Below are positions 45,965 through 64,000 of a DNA stretch of 64,000 nucleotides, one piece after another. Made by a program: the position numbers and the translations under genes. The first letter of the stretch is position 1; the number at the start of each line of letters is the position of its first letter. The stretch comes from Klebsormidium nitens (taxonomy: Eukaryota; Plantae; Klebsormidiophyceae). A model generated the notes under the pieces. It was given only the letters and a program-made list of their open reading frames with translations. It ran no database searches and had not been told where the DNA came from. The stretch spans positions 1 through 64,000 of the forward strand of contig DF237275.1 of assembly GCA_000708835.1 (NCBI GenBank), read 5' to 3'.

Positions 45965-48900
45965 ATGGACAAGGCCACAGAACCGATGGAGACGCAGGAG
46001 TTTTTACGTCAGATTAATGCTCACTCACCTGGCTCTACCTCCTGTAAGACATTCGAAGAGATTGATAAAGACGCAGCCCTTGCTCTATGCGAGCTGAGAA
46101 TCGGTACTGGAAGATTTCCGGGGCCGACAGACCTCAACAGCGCTACTTGCAACGATGATTCCCCTGTTCAGGGAGGAAGTAAGAGCGTTTTTGACATGAG
46201 CAGTTCGGACGAGTCCAGCTTAGACTTGGATTTAAGGCTCGAGGTTGGCAGTACAAGCAGAAAGGAAAGGCCAGGGGTAAATGGTTCAGAGCATGAAGAG
46301 CCTGATCAGATTCTCTCCCCAGATTCATCGCCCCCCAGTAAGCGCAATTTGGTCGAGGATGCTTCTCTTCAGCAAGGAAAAGGAAGGAAACGAGGAAAGT
46401 CCGTCAAGACGTCCTTACGGAAGCCGTATGAAGCTATGGAAACCGCTGACAAAGTGAAAGCAGATGAATCCCACCAACTTCCAGGTGTGAAAGATGCGAA
46501 TATCATGTCCCCGAAACGGACTCGAAGGGGCCCTCAGTCAAATAGCTCCGGGTATACAGGGGTAACATTCAGCCGCACGTCAAGATGGGAAGCACATATT
46601 TGGTAAGTTAACGTGATGCTTCCACAATAATAGAATCTACATGCAGAGTAGATTAAGTCAAGAAGATGCCATCATTATCCTTTACTATCAATACAAATTT
46701 ACTTGCTGTCAGAGATTCGTCTAGTTCAAGTCAAAAATGATATATGCCACTTCGCTCAGTGACTAGCCGACTATGCAAACGCCCCTTGATGATGGTATGA
46801 CTGATAGTTTTTCATCGTTTCCAACAGGGACAGTGGGAAGCAGGTATACCTTGGTAAGCTAGAAGTTTCGACCCTCCGAGTCTTTACTGTCTGGCTTGAA
46901 TGATTACATCAACGAAAGGTGTTCCTTGATTGCAAATGGAGAGGCTTTGAATCAGGAAGTCTCCAGGATCTTTCTTTCATTCTGCATGGCTCATCGAACT
47001 GTGTATTGTCTTAATCTGCACTTTCTTTTGCAGGAGGATATGATAACGCGGATGATGCAGCACGTGCTTACGACAAGGCAGCTGTACGGTTTAGGGGCCC
47101 TGCCGCCGACATCAACTTCCCGTTGCACGAATACGAAGACCACATACGGGAGGCAAGCACTTCTGTCTGAAGACTGCCTTCGATGTGGCACTGTTCAACA
47201 AGATGCCTCGCCAGACAGGTGCTTGCTTCGGTGGATTCCTGATTTCTCGGATGCCCTTTCCAGAATGCTTGGTTTTGCTTTCTAACCTTACAAGCATCAA
47301 AGAAATCATACGAATGACACCAGATCCAACATCCTTTTGATTGGTGACTGTCTTGTTTTCTGCTCATCAGACGGCTCATCTGAGCAAAGAGAACTTCATC
47401 CACGCGCTAAGACGTGAGAGCCCTTGGTTCACCCGGGGCAGCAGCCGCTATCGAGGCGTAAGCCTGCACACGTGCGGCCGTTGGGAAGCTCGGCTGGGCC
47501 AGATGGGGCCGGGGAAGAAATACATCTACTTGGGGCTCTTTGATACAGAGGAGGAAGCCGCGATGTGAGTTACTTTGCAGGGTTTATTGTCTGCTGAGTG
47601 ACCGTATACGTTTATCTCGTCAATGGACGAGGGTGAACAGATTGGATTCCGTTGCTGTGGTCCGCTGTTTCATAGGCTGTCAGGATAACGTTCTTTACTT
47701 CCACTTTTGTAACAAACCTTGCCCTTGTTAATTGAGTGGATGATTCAGGATTTCAAAATCCAGTTGATTCGGCCTCTGCAATGCGTGTTAGCTATTGTAA
47801 ATGGTCCCTCCAAACCCAAAATAATCCGTGCTTCTTCCATCAAACCTTTTCCCCAACACGTTTCGTCTTCTCGTCTTTTGCTTTCCAGGGCCTACGATAG
47901 AGCTCTCCTCCGGTCCAGCCGATGCCACAACATCGTTACCAACTTCTCTCTTCCCTGCGAAGAAGCCGGTGGAGACATTCAGATGGATCAAGCTCTCACC
48001 CTCCAAGGTCGGCTCGCCGGTACTTCACTTACGCTTTTGTTCCTGTTGAAGGTTGGACAAGACTGTCGGTTGACCAATGGTTCTTCTGCGTTAACATCCT
48101 TCTGACGAAGATCAAACCCGCTTCTCCACCTTGCTCTCCATGTTGTCGAAGGGAAAGGTAGACAGCATGAGATCGGAACGTTGTACTTTCATCCTCTCAA
48201 CCAAGTTGTAATACATTCAACGAGACGCGCAGATTATAGACCCAGATGAATCTTCTCGAACCAGCCAGTCCACAAGTCTAGTCTTTGTACTTCACCTCTC
48301 CCTATGATAAGTTCGAACTTCTCCTTCTGCAGGACCATCGACTCCCGCTGAAATTCCGCCTCCTCCAAGACTCTCCTATCTCTCCCAGTTGGGAACCGAA
48401 TCACGCTCGACGCTGAGCCCCAGGTTCACTGCTCCCGACTGCTCGCAGACGTACTCCTCTGCCAGTCCCCGGGTCACAACCTCGTCCCGCCCAGCTGCCG
48501 TCACACCCTCCCTCTTCGCACCGCCGAGCTTCCACACGTCAGTCGTGACGTCAGCAGGCGCACAGCTGTCGCCAAGGGCCGGACTCGCACCTTCTTTCGG
48601 ACACCTGTCCGGTACCCCTGAGCTGCCGTACCTAGGGTCTCCGGTGTCAGGAAGCCTCTCCCTCATGAGACAGGATTTGCTGCTGACGGAGCGCGCACGT
48701 CAGCTGGCCGCCTTCCAGTTGGCCCAAACGTTCTGGTCGCGCGCGCAAGCGCCCGCGGCTTCGAGCGCCGCGGCTGGCGGCACTGGGAATTGGGGGGCCC
48801 AAGAGAGGGGAGCCGTCGCTTCCGCGGATCCAAAAGCACTGGAACGGGTGAGTGCTACACGGATGTGCAGCATTGGCATTCTTCGTAAGTGTTAAGATTG

Positions 48901-49478
48901 TTGTTTCCTTTGGAGACTGCACAGCCGTCGAGGATTGCCATAAGTCACTCTTTGGACTTGGTTGTCGATGTCGCTTGCCTATCGTTCGACAGAGTGACAC
49001 GCTACGCTGATAAAGGTACTTTCATAACGTTACAGAACGTCTGATGGGCCGTTTTCGAGCTCATTCTCGCTTCGAAAGTCATCCCGCTCTGCATTCCTCA
49101 TAAGGTCCCCAAGGCCCCCAAGTGACCAAAGCCTTTCCTTTTTCAGAAGTGAAACCTGAATCCGTTTTCGGGCTTTTTATATTGGTCGGGTCCGGTGGCA
49201 CAAAGCGTCCGACGATGCTGGGAGATCCGGATTCAGAAGTGCTGCTTCAACCCTGTTTGCAGGCGCATCTCCCTCTGCTGCACCTGCACGCTCTTAGTCA
49301 ACTTGCCGGTCAATCAGCGGGGTCCGTGCTGCCACGTGGCCCGTTGACGCACCCGGCGCTTTGGCAGTACCTCGCAGATGTACGGATGCTCGAGGCACTG
49401 AAAGGAGTGCACCATGGGGCAGCTTATGCGCCGTCTGCGCCAACAGAAGAGCCAGCGATCTCCCAGGAGCAGACTTAA
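45965..49478 (+). CDS. AP2: Double-AP2-domain transcription factor, euAP2 (APETALA2/TOE) lineage
   Basis: Exons 45965-46602, 46828-46853 (26-nt DSGKQVYLG micro-exon), 47034-47152 (GC donor), 47371-47564, 47889-48007, 48333-48847, 49263-49478. Motifs: [44 protein letters not shown], linker [54 protein letters not shown]-like LDLDLRL. Confidence 0.93.
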
Positions 49479-50891
49479 CTCCGTTTAGCTCCTAGTTTAT
49501 GCGGATTGAACAGGATAGCTCATCATTTTATGCGGGTCCAGTCAGGCTTGACGAGGGCGTATCGTTGAGGAAGCACCTTGTGCAGCTTATTCTGTGTTAT
49601 AGGATAACTACGATAGCAAATTGCCGGTCAATGAAAATCCTGATTACTGTGGGATGGTTGGAAGTGGAGGTGTATACTGCAGGTGCAAACTGTTTGGGCC
49701 TGCCGCCCGAAGTTTACTAGGGGTTTTGTAGCCGTAGGCTTGGTTAAGTAAGTGTTTCGACCAGCTTTTACTATGTTATTGGCTTCAATTGCTACGTGAC
49801 GTCGTCAGTAGCATCTAGCTGTACGGATGTGAACCCCGTGGTTGAGAAATCATATCTCAAGCGGTCGATTTAGAAAGTCTTAAGGTCTACGGAAGTCTCT
49901 ACGGGTGTCAGCTTGGTGTAGGACTTCGTTACGCGTTAACCCGCTGAGGACAGCACGGCGTGTATTTATTGCTTAGCTGGGGGCCGCCACGTACCACGAT
50001 TCGTTAATTAACCACGCAGTTTATCCCCTTCATAGACAGTACTTTGCTGACATTAGTGTACTTGATTCATTGTTTTGTGCAGAATGAATCCAGGTTATCC
50101 CGTCCGACCCTTCTTAATGGGCGGCAATCTTCACCTGATTGCACGAGATACCCGCCAGACACGTCCAGGATTGCTAGCTGAGCTCATGAGCATGAGCTTG
50201 AGCATTTTTGATGCATGGGATCATTTAAGCGACGTTCACATGTCGAGGGCCGTCATACTGAGCGCCACGCACGTGTCAATCTGCTGTACTGCTTGCAACG
50301 TCAGCTATAGCTAGCCGCCGCGCCGTACAGCTAGCTAAGTATTCAAGTCTAAGTGCATGTGCGTTGAAACGACCTTAATTTGAGACTGTTCTGCAACTGG
50401 TTGCGCAGTGCACGACTGAAATTTGATCCAACGAGCTCCAGCGAGCTCTACAATTGATTGCTGCTAATCACATGACTTCGTTAAGCTGTGATCGCTCATT
50501 CTCAGGATGCTCATGCACACAGCCTCAGTGCGCATAATGCATTTTCATGTTTACCGTTTCCAGCTTGCCGGGAGAACTGGAATGCGGGGCCTGATATTGA
50601 CTCAGTCCAATCACTCTAGGCCAGTGCCGCGCATCAAGCATAGCCTTGTATTCCACAGACGCACCGCACCGCATGACTGAATTGCCTGCAGGAGTTTTGA
50701 AAGACGGAGTTTTTCCAGGCCATGTTCGCGAGCAACATGTTCGATATTCTAAACCGCGTGCAGTTCAATTTGGCTGTGCTCAGTGACAACGCTGTACTGC
50801 ACAGTTTGGAGGGGGGTCTCGTGCGAGCCATTATCTACAAGAAGACTCGCTTCTTTACTTAGCCAGCATCAACTTCGAAGCTGTTGGCCCC

Positions 50892-63963
<13,072 letters not shown>

Positions 63964-64000
63964 CTGTCACTTGCTCGTATGGAATGGATAATGTCAATCA

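Noticed and set aside
49500-50880. Palindrome-rich (agct, catg, ttaattaa) intergenic DNA between AP2 and ATR
   Set aside because: Only short 6-10-bp palindromes, with no extended hairpin, ORF or terminal repeats I can support.

Overview
This is eukaryotic, intron-rich genomic DNA with GC3-rich exons and GT-AG plus a few GC-AG introns. The gene content (CASP-like/MARVEL, double-domain euAP2, SWI1/DYAD-like, GTG/GPR89, plus a PKD2-type TRP channel that land plants lack) points to a streptophyte green alga such as Klebsormidium; this is an inference, as no search was run. I assembled 11 protein-coding genes by hand from splice sites and phase continuity: PKD2-like channel (-), UCP-like mitochondrial carrier (+), an unannotated-looking 69-aa membrane-anchored LEA-like protein (-), HI0933/BaiN flavoprotein (-), CASP-like protein (+), GTG/GPR89 (-), DUF2196(YwbE)-RRM fusion (+), SWI1/DYAD-like protein with an atypical N-terminus (+), a 22-Cys metallothionein (-), an euAP2 factor (+) and ATR kinase (-, 5' end outside the window, 672-nt N gap). 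I recognised no rRNA, tRNA, CRISPR array or intact transposon. Most ORF-track entries are intron-spanning or antisense fragments. The most unusual signals are: (1) intronic duplications of a gene's own 3' splice site plus exon start, as a nine-unit array in HI0933 and a single copy in ATR; (2) a ~125-aa, 10-Cys insertion in the PKD2 extracellular TOP domain; (3) the SWI1 and DUF2196 domain fusions; (4) a 165-bp hairpin carrying G-box motifs in both arms.
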